64,000 nucleotides of DNA, taken from a virus. The stretch lies in the IMG/VR virus record IMGVR_UViG_3300042321_002027. The stretch is one strand, 5' to 3'. The number at the start of each line of letters is the position of its first letter. The stretch's first letter is position 1. Both the position numbers and the translations under genes were made by a program. Below, one piece after another: positions 44,479 through 55,157 of the stretch. The notes beneath the pieces were generated by a model. The model worked only from the letters and a program-made list of their open reading frames with translations, ran no database searches and was not told the DNA's origin.

Positions 44479-45666
44479 TTAGCAATCCCAAGCTTTACGA
44501 GACCAATAGTTGGCGCTTGTTGTATTAGTTAAATTACCTTGACCGCCTGAACGAGCGCAATATGAGTCTTTGTTGCTCTTAATATGCTTCTTGATAGACA
44601 TTGTCTTGCTACCAAAGTTTACCTTTTGTGCCTTGCCATCGCCGTCCGGATCAACATAAACCTTAGACTTCTTAACGTCGCCCTTCATTGGCTTGTTGAG
44701 AGGAACTGTCTTACCCTTGTAAGTGGCTTCAGCTATAACTTTTTTAATAGTTTGTAGGGTTGATTTTTTCATTTGACCTGGAGTATCGCCCTTATAGACG
44801 TTTGTTAATGAAGTTGTACCATCAAATCTTGATGATGGGTTATTTTTGTTTTTGGAAACTTTTTCTGCACCAGTGTACTCGTCACCATACATTTGACGAT
44901 ATTTCTTTGTGTGTTTTGACTCTCTTGTTTTAGCGGTTGCATCACCTGGAGCTTTTCCGTAAGCAGAAGGGTCATCCCAATGCTTTTCTCTACCTTTTGC
45001 AAAGTGTGCAGCACGTGCTTTGTCTGTTCCTTTTTGACCAGTCGTGTACTTCTTTGGCAAACCAGTTTCTTTATCTTTTGGAACTTCAGGCAGTTTTTCT
45101 TCTCTTAAATCTTTATCAGCGCCGTGATATGTGCCTTTGCCTTTAGTAATATATGAATTCACACGAGCCATACCCCACTGCTGTGGTGTAGTTCCTGGAC
45201 GATGACCAGTTCTCCAAGCAGCGACGCCTCTAGAATACACTTTCTTCAATGTTCCTAAAGAAACTCCTGAAGCAGCAGCCTTCTTTGCTAAGGCTGACTC
45301 TGATTCGTCTAGCTCATATTCTTCATTTTGTGCTGATTTAATTTGCTCTCTAGTTGGAGCACCCTTTGATCCTGGCTTCCTCATTTTTTCACCAGAACCA
45401 GCCTTGATTCTGGCACGCTTGGCGTGGATATTAGCCCATAAACCCTTTCCGCCCTCTAAAAGGTCAGCGTCTAATTCGGTGGCGTATCCACCAGCTATGA
45501 AGGAGTTAACTCGGTCAAAACCAAACTGTTCAGGGTTGCCTGTGAACGATTCGTTCCAAAGGTTGTAGCCGCGAAGGTAGATCTGTTCTAAAACCGCAAT
45601 CGAGTATCCAGAGCTTTGTGACTTCTTGTACAAAGCTAGTTTCTGCTTATCATTCAATTCTACCAT
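44479..45666 (-). CDS. multi-module basic protein with duplicated domain; probable head-internal protein
   Basis: two copies of L.KK...SG.....L...Y.RG...P.Q.G..RVNS.I; C-terminal V.FG...SYCARS...SANYWS. Confidence 0.65.
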   Translation of the reverse strand: MVELNDKQKLALYKKSQSSGYSIAVLEQIYLRGYNLWNESFTGNPEQFGFDRVNSFIAGGYATELDADLLEGGKGLWANIHAKRARIKAGSGEKMRKPGSKGAPTREQIKSAQNEEYELDESESALAKKAAASGVSLGTLKKVYSRGVAAWRTGHRPGTTPQQWGMARVNSYITKGKGTYHGADKDLREEKLPEVPKDKETGLPKKYTTGQKGTDKARAAHFAKGREKHWDDPSAYGKAPGDATAKTRESKHTKKYRQMYGDEYTGAEKVSKNKNNPSSRFDGTTSLTNVYKGDTPGQMKKSTLQTIKKVIAEATYKGKTVPLNKPMKGDVKKSKVYVDPDGDGKAQKVNFGSKTMSIKKHIKSNKDSYCARSGGQGNLTNTTSANYWSRKAWDC

Positions 45667-45752
45667 CGGAGTTTCCCTTTAGGCTTATCCGTTTATGTTT
45701 ATGCGAGTTTGCCGATAGCCTTATCGCGGTTTACTATTATTTATAATAAAAC

Positions 45753-47060
45753 TTATCTTGAAACTTCTTCCCAGTCCATAGATCCGTAGACACTCTCACC
45801 ATTAGTTTTGGCTGCCAACACAAGAGAGATTTCAAACGGCGTTCCCGTAAAACTGTTTCTTTCTAGCTGAAATTTAAATAGTGCTTCTTTGAGAATATCC
45901 ACAGACGCGCTGGTGCTTGCCGTTGATGTAAAGTAACCAGATGCAAGGGTTCTGCCACCTGAAGTGCCAGTGCCTGTTATGTTATATTCAACAGCACTAT
46001 CATCACCTGCACTTACCCATGTTCCGCCTGTTGTAGTGGTGCTTGCTCTTACCTGCCAGTTGAAGTTACTTGCTGTGTCAGCGATACAAGATAATGCAGT
46101 AAGAATTACTACAGCATCTAGTGAGGTTGCTTTTAGTCTTAATGAAACAATTGGGTAAAATGTTCCTGCTGTAGCCAAACTACGTGCCGCAGTTATTGGA
46201 GTACCTATTGCTTGCTGCGAACCTCTAAGTTCGTATCCACCTTCAGAGATTACAGATGAGCAGACTTGTTTCATTAAGCTGCTATTAGCAGTTGTTCCTG
46301 TGTTTCTAATTTCGTAACGAACAGGAAGTGAAGCAGTCGTCATGTAAGTAGATGTAATGTAATTTGCATGGTGAAAAGAGTGGCAATGAATTAACTTACC
46401 ATCAATAACAAAACCACAACGAACTGAACCAAGACCCAACCATTCAATATCATGGAATACGATCTGCGCCTTTGACATATCCAATGTTGCTTTAGAAGGA
46501 CTAGATGCAACGTTGCCTAGTAGAGTATCAATGTTCCAATTTGCCTGTTCTGCTCTTATTTCGACTACATTACCGTTTGAATATGAACGTTCAACAAACG
46601 CAATATTGGTGCCATTAGCTTCCAAATAGATACCGTTGTTATTACCAAAGTAACCAACTCTTTGTCTTAGGTTTGCCTTTGGTGGTGACATAACAACTGT
46701 GTTTAATATCTGCAATGACTTACCAGGCTGATACGAAAACACCTTGGTTGTTTCTCTAATAATTTCAGCACCAGAAGTTGTCGGTAAATTGAGTTCAATC
46801 AACCCTGCATTAGCATTAAAATTATATGTTGTTCCGGCTGAGTTTGATGTTGACCATAAACCGTTGTCTTTATAACGATGTGAAGAATCAAACAACGTTA
46901 GTGGTTGTGAAACTCTTGAACGACCAAATGCGTCAACAGCCATACCTGTAGGATTTGATGGACCTACCAAGTTGCCATATTGATCTGCAAGCATGACAAC
47001 TTCAAATATTGTTGTTCCATCTTTTAAATATTGGTGAGTATCTTTACGAAATTGTGCCAT
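45753..47060 (-). CDS. putative virion structural protein
   Basis: DAFGR.RVS.P.TLFD, YQPGKS, EWLG.G.VR.GF. Confidence 0.7.
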   Translation of the reverse strand: MAQFRKDTHQYLKDGTTIFEVVMLADQYGNLVGPSNPTGMAVDAFGRSRVSQPLTLFDSSHRYKDNGLWSTSNSAGTTYNFNANAGLIELNLPTTSGAEIIRETTKVFSYQPGKSLQILNTVVMSPPKANLRQRVGYFGNNNGIYLEANGTNIAFVERSYSNGNVVEIRAEQANWNIDTLLGNVASSPSKATLDMSKAQIVFHDIEWLGLGSVRCGFVIDGKLIHCHSFHHANYITSTYMTTASLPVRYEIRNTGTTANSSLMKQVCSSVISEGGYELRGSQQAIGTPITAARSLATAGTFYPIVSLRLKATSLDAVVILTALSCIADTASNFNWQVRASTTTTGGTWVSAGDDSAVEYNITGTGTSGGRTLASGYFTSTASTSASVDILKEALFKFQLERNSFTGTPFEISLVLAAKTNGESVYGSMDWEEVSR

Positions 47061-47062
47061 GT

Positions 47063-49138
47063 TTACTTTGCTCTTCTTTTAAGCGCGTCTATTAATAAAG
47101 GATTACCATTTTCGTCATAGTCCCAATAAGTAAGAGCTTTTTCTCTACTCATTTTTGGTTGGTACTCTTTGAAACCAATAATTTTAGATAATTTGTTCTG
47201 ACTATTACTTAGTTCTTTTGATAAAGATTGACCTGTTTGATCTGATGCTACGGCATTAGTGTCTGCATATCTGGCAAGTTCGTCATTTGTTGCAGCAGGA
47301 TTACCGCTGTTAAACCCTAAACCACCAACAGCTGCTGTTGTTGTTTCATTTAACTTCATGCCTTTTCTAACATCATTGTACATAGCAGTTTTGTTTCTAT
47401 CACTCATTGAAGATGGAGCCATAGACTTAAATGCGCCTACGTTTTTACTCTTAGCAGCATCTCTCATTTTAGAGGCTGAATAACCAGCAACGCTTTCACT
47501 CTCATCTCTTGCGCCTCCAGCTTGAGCAAAGTTAAGTTTCATGTCATAGAAACCATGTGGTCCTTTTACGCCATTATATTTCTTAGCCATTTCTCCCATC
47601 GCGTCTCTATCAGACCCACCTACAATAGTTACTTCTCTGTGCCCTTCATTATATGCTCTGCTCAAATGGTGAAGTAAGTTAGGTTGTGCTGGTGAAGATG
47701 TACTAAAATTTACCCCAGGAAAAGCACTTCTAGCATGCTTTAATTTTTGCTCTGCAGTTAATGGATTTTTCTTTGGATCATGGCTGTGAGAAAGTATTAT
47801 CTCATGATCTGCATTGTTACGCTTTGCTTCATCAGCTACCTTTTTAACAACAAGACCATGACCTTGATGGATTGGATTCATTCGAACAAAAGAAATAACT
47901 TTGGCTTCATCTAAAGATTCCGCCATGGCTTGTCTCTCTTTAGCTAGTTGACTTTGTTTTCCTTTAAGGAAATTTTGCCTAGAAAACTCTTCACGGTCAA
48001 CAAACTTAGTCATGTTACCTTTCTTATCAACAGCAACACCGCCTTCTGGACCAGTAGCCTCTCCACCGATAGAGTGCATAAAAGGGTTATTTTTAGCCAT
48101 TACATTAGTCAATACATTCTTGGCAGCTTGTAAATGGCCATGAACCTCTAATGCTTTCTTAAAGTGTGGTAAATTATCAGTAATTTGTTTTACCAATTTG
48201 GCATGGTCTTGGATTTTCTTTTCTTTTGCTGCAGGAGTTTTAACCTTATCAACTTCTTTTTTAGACTTTTCAGCTAAATCAGCAAGATAACCTTCAATTG
48301 ATGGTTTACCACCCTCGCGCACCATTTTGTTAACATGCATTTCTAATCCAGGACCATGCCCCTCAATAGCATCCATAGCTTCAGGCTTCATACCAGAATA
48401 TGCTTTTCTTACATTAGCAGAATGATTCAAGAAAGCTTGCTGCTCTTCAGCAGTATAGTTTTGCGGATTGACGTCAATTGTTGGGTCAATGTTATGGACA
48501 TCCGGATGATTTCTAAAAGTATTTCTAGACTTTTCATCTAAAGCAGAAGCACCCATAGACTCTAACTTTTTACCACCGGAATACTTGGTATGTACCACAA
48601 CACCAAGCTCAGCATTTTTCATTTGAGAGCCATGTTCACTGTCATTTGGCGCTGAGTAAGTGATAGTATTAGGTGTAACACTGCGCATACCATTTTTTTC
48701 TGTTACATCACCCTTGGTGTACATCAAGTCACCTTGATAAACGCCACCATTTCTTGGCATGATTTTAGGTAGGTGATCTAGTGCACCTTTTAGTTTCTCG
48801 ACCAATCCAGGAGCATGACCGTGATTACGTTCGATATCTTCAGGAGTGTAGTTTATCTTAGGATCTTTATTGAAAGCAGACTTAGAAGCAACGAAAAACT
48901 TACCAGTTTCTGGATGTGTTCCAAATACAATTGATGGCGAACCATCATATTTTGTGGTTACCATGGTAGAATTATTTCTGCCAAGCAACTTGTTATGCAC
49001 ATCTTCTAAATGTTGAGCAGCAATACCTACACCCTCATGACCGCCATGAATAACCATGTCTTCAAGGTGAGTAAGATGCTTTAGTTTTTTCCCTTGTTCT
49101 TCTATATCTTCTAGGAGAAAATTTGAAAAGTTAATCAT
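47063..49138 (-). CDS. fusion of conserved N-terminal domain (KYDGSP, nucleotidyltransferase/ligase-like) and cytidylyltransferase-like domain
   Basis: HL.HLED, KYDGSP, QGDLMY, EG.V; RMNP.H.GH, KNPL, GSDR, SASKMR. Confidence 0.7.
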   Translation of the reverse strand: MINFSNFLLEDIEEQGKKLKHLTHLEDMVIHGGHEGVGIAAQHLEDVHNKLLGRNNSTMVTTKYDGSPSIVFGTHPETGKFFVASKSAFNKDPKINYTPEDIERNHGHAPGLVEKLKGALDHLPKIMPRNGGVYQGDLMYTKGDVTEKNGMRSVTPNTITYSAPNDSEHGSQMKNAELGVVVHTKYSGGKKLESMGASALDEKSRNTFRNHPDVHNIDPTIDVNPQNYTAEEQQAFLNHSANVRKAYSGMKPEAMDAIEGHGPGLEMHVNKMVREGGKPSIEGYLADLAEKSKKEVDKVKTPAAKEKKIQDHAKLVKQITDNLPHFKKALEVHGHLQAAKNVLTNVMAKNNPFMHSIGGEATGPEGGVAVDKKGNMTKFVDREEFSRQNFLKGKQSQLAKERQAMAESLDEAKVISFVRMNPIHQGHGLVVKKVADEAKRNNADHEIILSHSHDPKKNPLTAEQKLKHARSAFPGVNFSTSSPAQPNLLHHLSRAYNEGHREVTIVGGSDRDAMGEMAKKYNGVKGPHGFYDMKLNFAQAGGARDESESVAGYSASKMRDAAKSKNVGAFKSMAPSSMSDRNKTAMYNDVRKGMKLNETTTAAVGGLGFNSGNPAATNDELARYADTNAVASDQTGQSLSKELSNSQNKLSKIIGFKEYQPKMSREKALTYWDYDENGNPLLIDALKRRAK

Positions 49139-50607
49139 TACGCATGTCCTTGATAAATTTCGTGGTCGGCATGAACCTGTCTACCAAACATCTCATTGCT
49201 TATTTTTTTAGGTTCTGCTTGTGGTTTGTTTTCTACTTTTGGATTAGACTTAATTACGGGGTTAACTGGTGGCCTAGAGGTAGATTTGTCCCACATATGA
49301 ACGCCTCTACGATTAACTGCAGTGTTTCCACCAGCTGGTGAAGAATCAACAACATAACTTACTCCATGCCCTGAAGGACCACTTAATGAAGTTGATATAG
49401 AACCAGGATTAGAAGTAATTTTGTATTGACCGTAAGATGATTCAAAATGTGAATCAAAATCGTTTTCTGCATCTGATATTTCAGAAACTCTTTCTGGCGC
49501 GCCTTTTTTAATTTCACCAGAAGTACTTTTCCAAGTATTTAACCTTACAACTGGCATTTTACTTTGATCTCTTCCTATATTTAATGTTTTCTTTAGAAAA
49601 GATCTTATTTTTTCTTTATTTTCCGGAGTTTGGACGTTCATGATGTTAGCCATGTGACGACCTAAAGAAACATTTGTAGCTCTTTTAGCTATTTCAGTTC
49701 TGCTGTCTCTTAATTCTTTGTATATGTTCGCAAAAGTTTCTCTGTCTTTATCATTAGCATACATTGATTTGTTTTTTTCTTCTGAAGCTTTTTCAAGATA
49801 TCTAAAAGCATCTTTTGTTTTATCTGAGTCTTTAAGTAGACTTATATTACCATTTTTATCGTAAGAAAGTTTGTTTGGAGAAGAGATACCATTTTCGCCA
49901 AAATGCCTTTTTAAAAACGGTTCATATTTTTTTAATATTTTACCGTGTGCTAATTTAGCAGCATTTTCTGCTTTTTCAGAATCTGCTTCAAACGAACCAG
50001 ATTTACCTGTTATATTTTTATATTCATCATCAATTTGTTTTGAAAATTTACCAAGACCAGAATTAAATAGTTTAGATTCTGATCCAGATTTTAAGCTTAC
50101 TCCAAAATATCCATTTCCGAGATTTTTGTGACCATGCTCAACTACAATATCTGAATTATTCGTTTCGTCTTCTACGCCAGTTAAATTTTTGATATCATTT
50201 TTATTTGCTGTAAAATGTACGCCTTTTATGTCTTTAATGCCATTTTTGTGCAAATGGTCTATTAAATGAGAAGCTCCATGTAAAGCATGCTGAAAAATAT
50301 CTTCATAATTATCTTTATCAGCAGCGTTTCCTAGTTCATTGTGAAGATCTTCAGCAGTTTTATTATCACTGTCTTTAAATTGAGGCATATGCGTTAGTGA
50401 ATACATATGACTGTTTTTCATTTTTTGCGGTTTGTTTATAGCTTGCATAGCCATATTATGCGCAGTATCATGACCCTTACTAATATTTTTTTGGTAAACT
50501 TTAGCATAATGATTAACTAATCCACCAACTAGAACTTCATGAAGTTTTCCATATTGATTCTTATTTAATTTTTCTTCAAGCAAAAAATTAGAAAAATTTA
50601 ACATCAT
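49138..50607 (-). CDS. hypothetical protein, possible PD-(D/E)XK-like motif
   Basis: HE...SDIVV...GVSLK. Confidence 0.5.
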   Translation of the reverse strand: MMLNFSNFLLEEKLNKNQYGKLHEVLVGGLVNHYAKVYQKNISKGHDTAHNMAMQAINKPQKMKNSHMYSLTHMPQFKDSDNKTAEDLHNELGNAADKDNYEDIFQHALHGASHLIDHLHKNGIKDIKGVHFTANKNDIKNLTGVEDETNNSDIVVEHGHKNLGNGYFGVSLKSGSESKLFNSGLGKFSKQIDDEYKNITGKSGSFEADSEKAENAAKLAHGKILKKYEPFLKRHFGENGISSPNKLSYDKNGNISLLKDSDKTKDAFRYLEKASEEKNKSMYANDKDRETFANIYKELRDSRTEIAKRATNVSLGRHMANIMNVQTPENKEKIRSFLKKTLNIGRDQSKMPVVRLNTWKSTSGEIKKGAPERVSEISDAENDFDSHFESSYGQYKITSNPGSISTSLSGPSGHGVSYVVDSSPAGGNTAVNRRGVHMWDKSTSRPPVNPVIKSNPKVENKPQAEPKKISNEMFGRQVHADHEIYQGHA

Positions 50608-51287
50608 TTAGAACCTTTCTCTTTAGGAGTAGCTGAATATCTAGTTACTTTGACATTACCAGTTTCAGGATCATGTTGAACATGGTGACCGTGAAATGCA
50701 ACATCTGGAAATTTCTTTTGTAACTTCAGCATACCATTAATATTGTCTATAGAGTCATCGTACAAGTGAACTTCTTTTAGCCCTTCTTTTTCGATGGCTC
50801 CAGCTATATGAGCAGCCTTTGTATCAGCTGGCTTTCCTTGTGTATTCCCAGCTCTGCGTACGTGAACACCAGAACCTGGAGTGATGTCGATACCATATTT
50901 ACCCATTATCTGAGCAAACTTTTCTTTATCATCTAAGTCGCCGCGAGCAGTTAACATCTCGACGTTGGCGCCATTCTTTTTCATTGCTTTTAGTTTAGCA
51001 ACCATACCACGGATAGGAGTAGCCGACTGATCGAATAGATCAGAGCTTCTAAACTCGCTAAAATCGTAGCTGTGATCAGGGGAGAGTTGATGTGAGTTAA
51101 ATTCTTGGTTTGTTAAAGTTCGAACTCTACGACCAGAAGAGTCTTTAACGTGGACTCTTAACTTATTGTGATCGTGCGCGAAAAGGGTTTCGTCTATGTC
51201 GAAATAGTGTTTAGCTTTTCTGTTTTTAACTGAAGGTTTAGAAACAGCTTCATTTATCGATAAAAAATGCTGAAATTTTAACATCAT
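50604..51287 (-). CDS. HAD-superfamily phosphatase-like protein
   Basis: FDIDETL, LTAR, K, LYDD...N. Confidence 0.75.
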   Translation of the reverse strand: MMLKFQHFLSINEAVSKPSVKNRKAKHYFDIDETLFAHDHNKLRVHVKDSSGRRVRTLTNQEFNSHQLSPDHSYDFSEFRSSDLFDQSATPIRGMVAKLKAMKKNGANVEMLTARGDLDDKEKFAQIMGKYGIDITPGSGVHVRRAGNTQGKPADTKAAHIAGAIEKEGLKEVHLYDDSIDNINGMLKLQKKFPDVAFHGHHVQHDPETGNVKVTRYSATPKEKGSK

Positions 51288-51362
51288 CTGACCCTAAATA
51301 TGCTTTTAGATATTTATTAAAATAAAAAAGGCGAGCCTTTACAGACTCGCCGTTAAATAGAT

Positions 51363-51467
51363 AAAACATGTGTCGAGCGGAACCCCACCGATACTCTCAA
51401 CTATTCCATGTGACCCTCATATAAGCCTCTTGCCTCTTGTACGCTCTTTCGTCGTACTACATGTTTT
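51363..51467 (-). ncRNA. candidate small RNA in intergenic region
   Basis: AAAACAUGU/ACAUGUUUU closing stem; terminator hairpin at about 51324-51352. Confidence 0.4.
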
Positions 51468-51485
51468 AATCATGAGTATATTTAG

Positions 51486-51707
51486 TCAAATGACAACTTG
51501 AACACGGAAAAAATCCGGCGTCCAACCATCAAAACCACCACCTAAATTAAGGTGGCGAGAAAAAGACTTAGCCTCAGTCTTATTCATAAAACGCTTAATC
51601 CAGATCTTTTCCTTAGTTTCCGTACGATGCTCATACACATCGTATACAGGACAATTCGCTGACGAATTCGGATGCAGCAGAAGATCTTCTTGAACTCGAT
51701 AACCCAT
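51486..51707 (-). CDS. hypothetical protein
   Basis: AGGAG RBS; LN.G.GFDGWTP.FF. Confidence 0.6.
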   Translation of the reverse strand: MGYRVQEDLLLHPNSSANCPVYDVYEHRTETKEKIWIKRFMNKTEAKSFSRHLNLGGGFDGWTPDFFRVQVVI

Positions 51708-51710
51708 AAT

Positions 51711-51920
51711 TTACTCCTTCACCTCAAATGCCCAATGAGTAGTTAACCAATCGTAAATGCAGTTTTCTTCAGTTATAAATTCATGATCCGGACCAAATTT
51801 TTCAGTCATTTTTCGACTCCAAAACTCCCAGTATTCTTTGATGATGTCATCTTCCGTTAGGATAACTTCTTTAACTTGATCGTCTTCGTCAGTAAGTTCG
51901 GTGTACTTAAATTTTCTCAA
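51711..51920 (-). CDS. hypothetical protein
   Basis: GGAGG RBS, TTG start. Confidence 0.6.
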   Translation of the reverse strand: MRKFKYTELTDEDDQVKEVILTEDDIIKEYWEFWSRKMTEKFGPDHEFITEENCIYDWLTTHWAFEVKE

Positions 51921-52180
51921 TAGGATCCTCCACTACAGAAACATTATATCCACCAATCGATTCAGCCCAAAAAATTGCTGCTTGAGAACTAGAAGTTCTA
52001 ACAGTTGACTCATAGATATATGAGCCGATATTATATCTTACCGTATATTCTTTCATCTATTCAACATCCTAAAACAATACCAAAAGCTGTTCGTTTGTCT
52101 ACACTCAGTCCAAAAATTGTATTCCATCCAAAATGCGAAACCAATAATACAAATAAAAGCTGTTATTGCAAGATAATATT

Positions 52181-53581
52181 TCACTTGAACCCCTCAAACT
52201 TCGCTTTGTCAAACTTAGGTTTTTTTCGATTACGCTCATAATCCTGCTGACCAAATTCAGTATTGTCCATCACAGGTCCGTCCATAATATCCTCCTGCGC
52301 CGACTGCTCTACATCATAGAGACGCATTTTGCTACGATCAACCCCAAGAACAAACCGACGATTAGTGCTGGGATCATTGTATCGATTCTTAAGCTGCTTA
52401 ACCATAATTTGGCCGAGCTCTTCCAATTCCTCGGATGTGGTGAGCGCAAACATAAAATCAGCTGTGGCTGGGAGTCCAAAGGATTCCGATGTATCTTCCA
52501 ATCCCACGTCGCTGTTCGAATATCCGCTTCGAGTTGTTTGAGTCGCAGAGATGACAGGAACATTGTGTTCCACTGCCAACCCTCGTAACTCTTCTGCGAT
52601 TGCTTTGACAAGGGTATAAGAATTGACGTTGGCTCCATTGCGAATCCTCGATGACATACAGATGTTAAGATAGTCGATGTAGATTACATCAGGTATAAAA
52701 TTTTTCTTGATCTTCAATTCGTTGATGAGATGGCGGAAGTTAGCAGAACCAGCACAAGCAGTGGGATATTCCTTGATAACCAACTTACCCTTGACCTTCT
52801 GCTTCAACCTTTCCATTTTCTTATCATAAGCATCTTTCGGCAATACCTTCAGGTCGTCAAGTGTAACGTCTAGAAGGTTTGCGTCGATACGCTCGGCAAT
52901 ACGCTCTTCAGCCATTTCCATCGTGATATAAAGAACGTTCAAACCAGCAACCATATTGGCAGCTGCGAAGTGACACATGGCCAACGACTTACCAACACCA
53001 GTACCTGCAAGGATGATATTCAAAGTTTTTCTTGGCAACCCACCTTGCGTGATCTTGTTGAAGTATTCAAGATCGAATGGAGTGCGCGATTCTTTTGTAT
53101 GATAAAACTCGAAACGAGCATCGGCATCAAGGATGAAGTCATGACCAATATGCGCATCGAACGACACACCCAAAGCATCAGACAAAATTTGAGGTATAGA
53201 ACCTTTCGAGAGCTTTCCTGTTTTGTCGTCAATGATTTGAATTGAATGCATCAAAGCATTATAGATTGCTTTTTCTTGACAAAACTTTTCAGTTTGATCA
53301 ACCAACCAATCCAGCTTGGTCTCATCAGGTTGGATATCCTGAATGATACTCTTACACTTTTTGAAAGTTTCTTCACTGACACCACTTTTGTCAGTGAGAT
53401 CGATCGCAAGTGCTTCTTTAGAAGGAAACGAATTGTACTTCTTTACATACTCTTCAATTAGGTTAAAGATAACTTTGTTTTCATATTCAGGGAAATATTC
53501 TTCCTTGAGGAATGGGATTACCTTTCTGCCATATTCCTCGTTTGTAACGAGATTGCTGAAGATAACCTGTTCAATCGCCAT
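52181..53581 (-). CDS. 41: replicative DNA helicase (T4 gp41)
   Basis: AGTGVGKS, IKEYPT, IDYLNI, ATQTTRSG, ESFGLPATAD, KQLK.RY. Confidence 0.95.
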   Translation of the reverse strand: MAIEQVIFSNLVTNEEYGRKVIPFLKEEYFPEYENKVIFNLIEEYVKKYNSFPSKEALAIDLTDKSGVSEETFKKCKSIIQDIQPDETKLDWLVDQTEKFCQEKAIYNALMHSIQIIDDKTGKLSKGSIPQILSDALGVSFDAHIGHDFILDADARFEFYHTKESRTPFDLEYFNKITQGGLPRKTLNIILAGTGVGKSLAMCHFAAANMVAGLNVLYITMEMAEERIAERIDANLLDVTLDDLKVLPKDAYDKKMERLKQKVKGKLVIKEYPTACAGSANFRHLINELKIKKNFIPDVIYIDYLNICMSSRIRNGANVNSYTLVKAIAEELRGLAVEHNVPVISATQTTRSGYSNSDVGLEDTSESFGLPATADFMFALTTSEELEELGQIMVKQLKNRYNDPSTNRRFVLGVDRSKMRLYDVEQSAQEDIMDGPVMDNTEFGQQDYERNRKKPKFDKAKFEGFK

Positions 53582-53817
53582 TTAAACCTCTTTGAATATT
53601 CTATAATTTTTATTAATTCCAAGAACAAAGTTTTCAGCAGCATCTTCTACGTATTGAAGAGATTTGCTAGTAAATAAACAGCTGTGATCATACTCTTCAT
53701 TTACAAAAAAGTCAACACCATAACCTCTATCCTGCATAAAAACAGTTGCCTTCTTGGCACCATCATCACTATAGTAGTTAGAAATTTCAATCTTCTGTTT
53801 CATCTTCATCCCCCATG
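53582..53817 (-). CDS. hypothetical protein (start uncertain)
   Basis: 3' part of ORF 53582..53947; Y.EDAAENFVLG. Confidence 0.55.
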
Positions 53818-54836
53818 ATAGAGCCAATAGCAATCTTATAACGATTTTCAATATACTTGGCAAAGTCTGTTGTGTTAAACATGTTAATCCAAAACTCTTT
53901 ACTATCAACAATTTCTGAAGCACGCATGTTCGGTGCCTTAATCTCACCAGTTTCTCTGTCGACTAAAGCATACCAACCATTTTTAGGCTTAACAATATAT
54001 CCACCATCCAGAGCAACATCCAACAAACCAGACCAGCGATTAATGCCACCTTCAAATGAAACGGTAATTGGAATCTTAGACTTTTCTTTAACATATCTGC
54101 TCTTTTCTATATTGATGACGAAATGGTAGCCATTGATACCATCAGCGTCCTTGTCCTGCTGACGACCAAGAATCCAGATATTATCAGAACCATAGTAAGA
54201 ACCAGTACCACCACCAACGATATCCTTGGGATACAAACCGATTTCCTTATAGGTGTGGTTGATCACGACCATAGGAATGTCCTTGAGAGACAGGTGAGGA
54301 GTGATCATACGGAACAATGACTTGAGCTGCTTTGCTCTAGACATATCGGCAACAGACTTACCGTCAAGTGCATCTTCAACTTCTTTCTTGGAAGCAAGAT
54401 TACCAATTGAGTCAATAACAATCATAACACGATCATCGCGACCTAGCTCTTTCATCTGAGCCATGATGTCAAACTTGAGTTCTTCAATGTCTGTGATCGG
54501 AGTGTGAATTACTGAGTCAAATGGAATTTTAAAAGTCTTGAAGTAATCTTGTGGAGTACCAAACTCCGAGTCATAGAACAGAACGATACCGTCAGGATAC
54601 TTCTTCAAAAAAGCAGAAGCAAGAAGCAAAGCAAAACCAGTCTTGAAGTGCTTCGAAGGACCAGCAAGCATTGTAAGTCCGGGAGTGATACCTCCATCAA
54701 TCGATCCGGATAAGGCAACGTTAATCATTGGAACAGAAGTAGGCACCATGTCCTTCTTCGTGAAAATCTTGCTGTCTGCAAGTGTATCTGTTAAATCAAT
54801 TGTGCTGTTTTTGAGTAGCTTATCTCTTAATGACAT
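53787..54836 (-). CDS. uvsX: RecA-like recombinase UvsX
   Basis: GPSKHFKT, YDSEFG, DSIGNLAS, NHTY, GGTG. Confidence 0.95.
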   Translation of the reverse strand: MSLRDKLLKNSTIDLTDTLADSKIFTKKDMVPTSVPMINVALSGSIDGGITPGLTMLAGPSKHFKTGFALLLASAFLKKYPDGIVLFYDSEFGTPQDYFKTFKIPFDSVIHTPITDIEELKFDIMAQMKELGRDDRVMIVIDSIGNLASKKEVEDALDGKSVADMSRAKQLKSLFRMITPHLSLKDIPMVVINHTYKEIGLYPKDIVGGGTGSYYGSDNIWILGRQQDKDADGINGYHFVINIEKSRYVKEKSKIPITVSFEGGINRWSGLLDVALDGGYIVKPKNGWYALVDRETGEIKAPNMRASEIVDSKEFWINMFNTTDFAKYIENRYKIAIGSIMGDEDETED

Positions 54837-54887
54837 GTATATCTCCGTATAGTTGTATGGTTAGTATAGCGGTATATTAGTATAAAG

Positions 54888-55157
54888 TCAAGTGTTAATA
54901 TAATCGTCCATCTTCTTTATGAACGCTTTAATTTTCTTTTCGCGGTCTGGCCATAGTATAGTATCTTTTTCAGGATTCTTCATTAAGTTGTTTAGGAGCG
55001 GCATAATCATCTTACGCAATCCCTGCAACTTATCTTCTGTGGTAGTTACCTTTGCTTGTAACTCTGTTGAGTCGGTAAAAGAAAAACCGAAATCGTCATC
55101 TTCATTTAGTTTCATGAGAAAAAATCCTCTAATGTTGATATATGTTCTGCATTCCAT
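54888..55157 (-). CDS. hypothetical protein (start probably 55115)
   Basis: DFGFS...PLL.NL..NP.KD.I.WP.R. Confidence 0.6.
   Translation of the reverse strand: MECRTYINIRGFFLMKLNEDDDFGFSFTDSTELQAKVTTTEDKLQGLRKMIMPLLNNLMKNPEKDTILWPDREKKIKAFIKKMDDYINT

Noticed and set aside
45667-45752. c-di-GMP-I riboswitch-like words (GGCAAAC...AAGCC) in the leader after a TATAAATA late promoter
   Set aside because: GNRA tetraloop/receptor and P2-P3 stems could not be built convincingly
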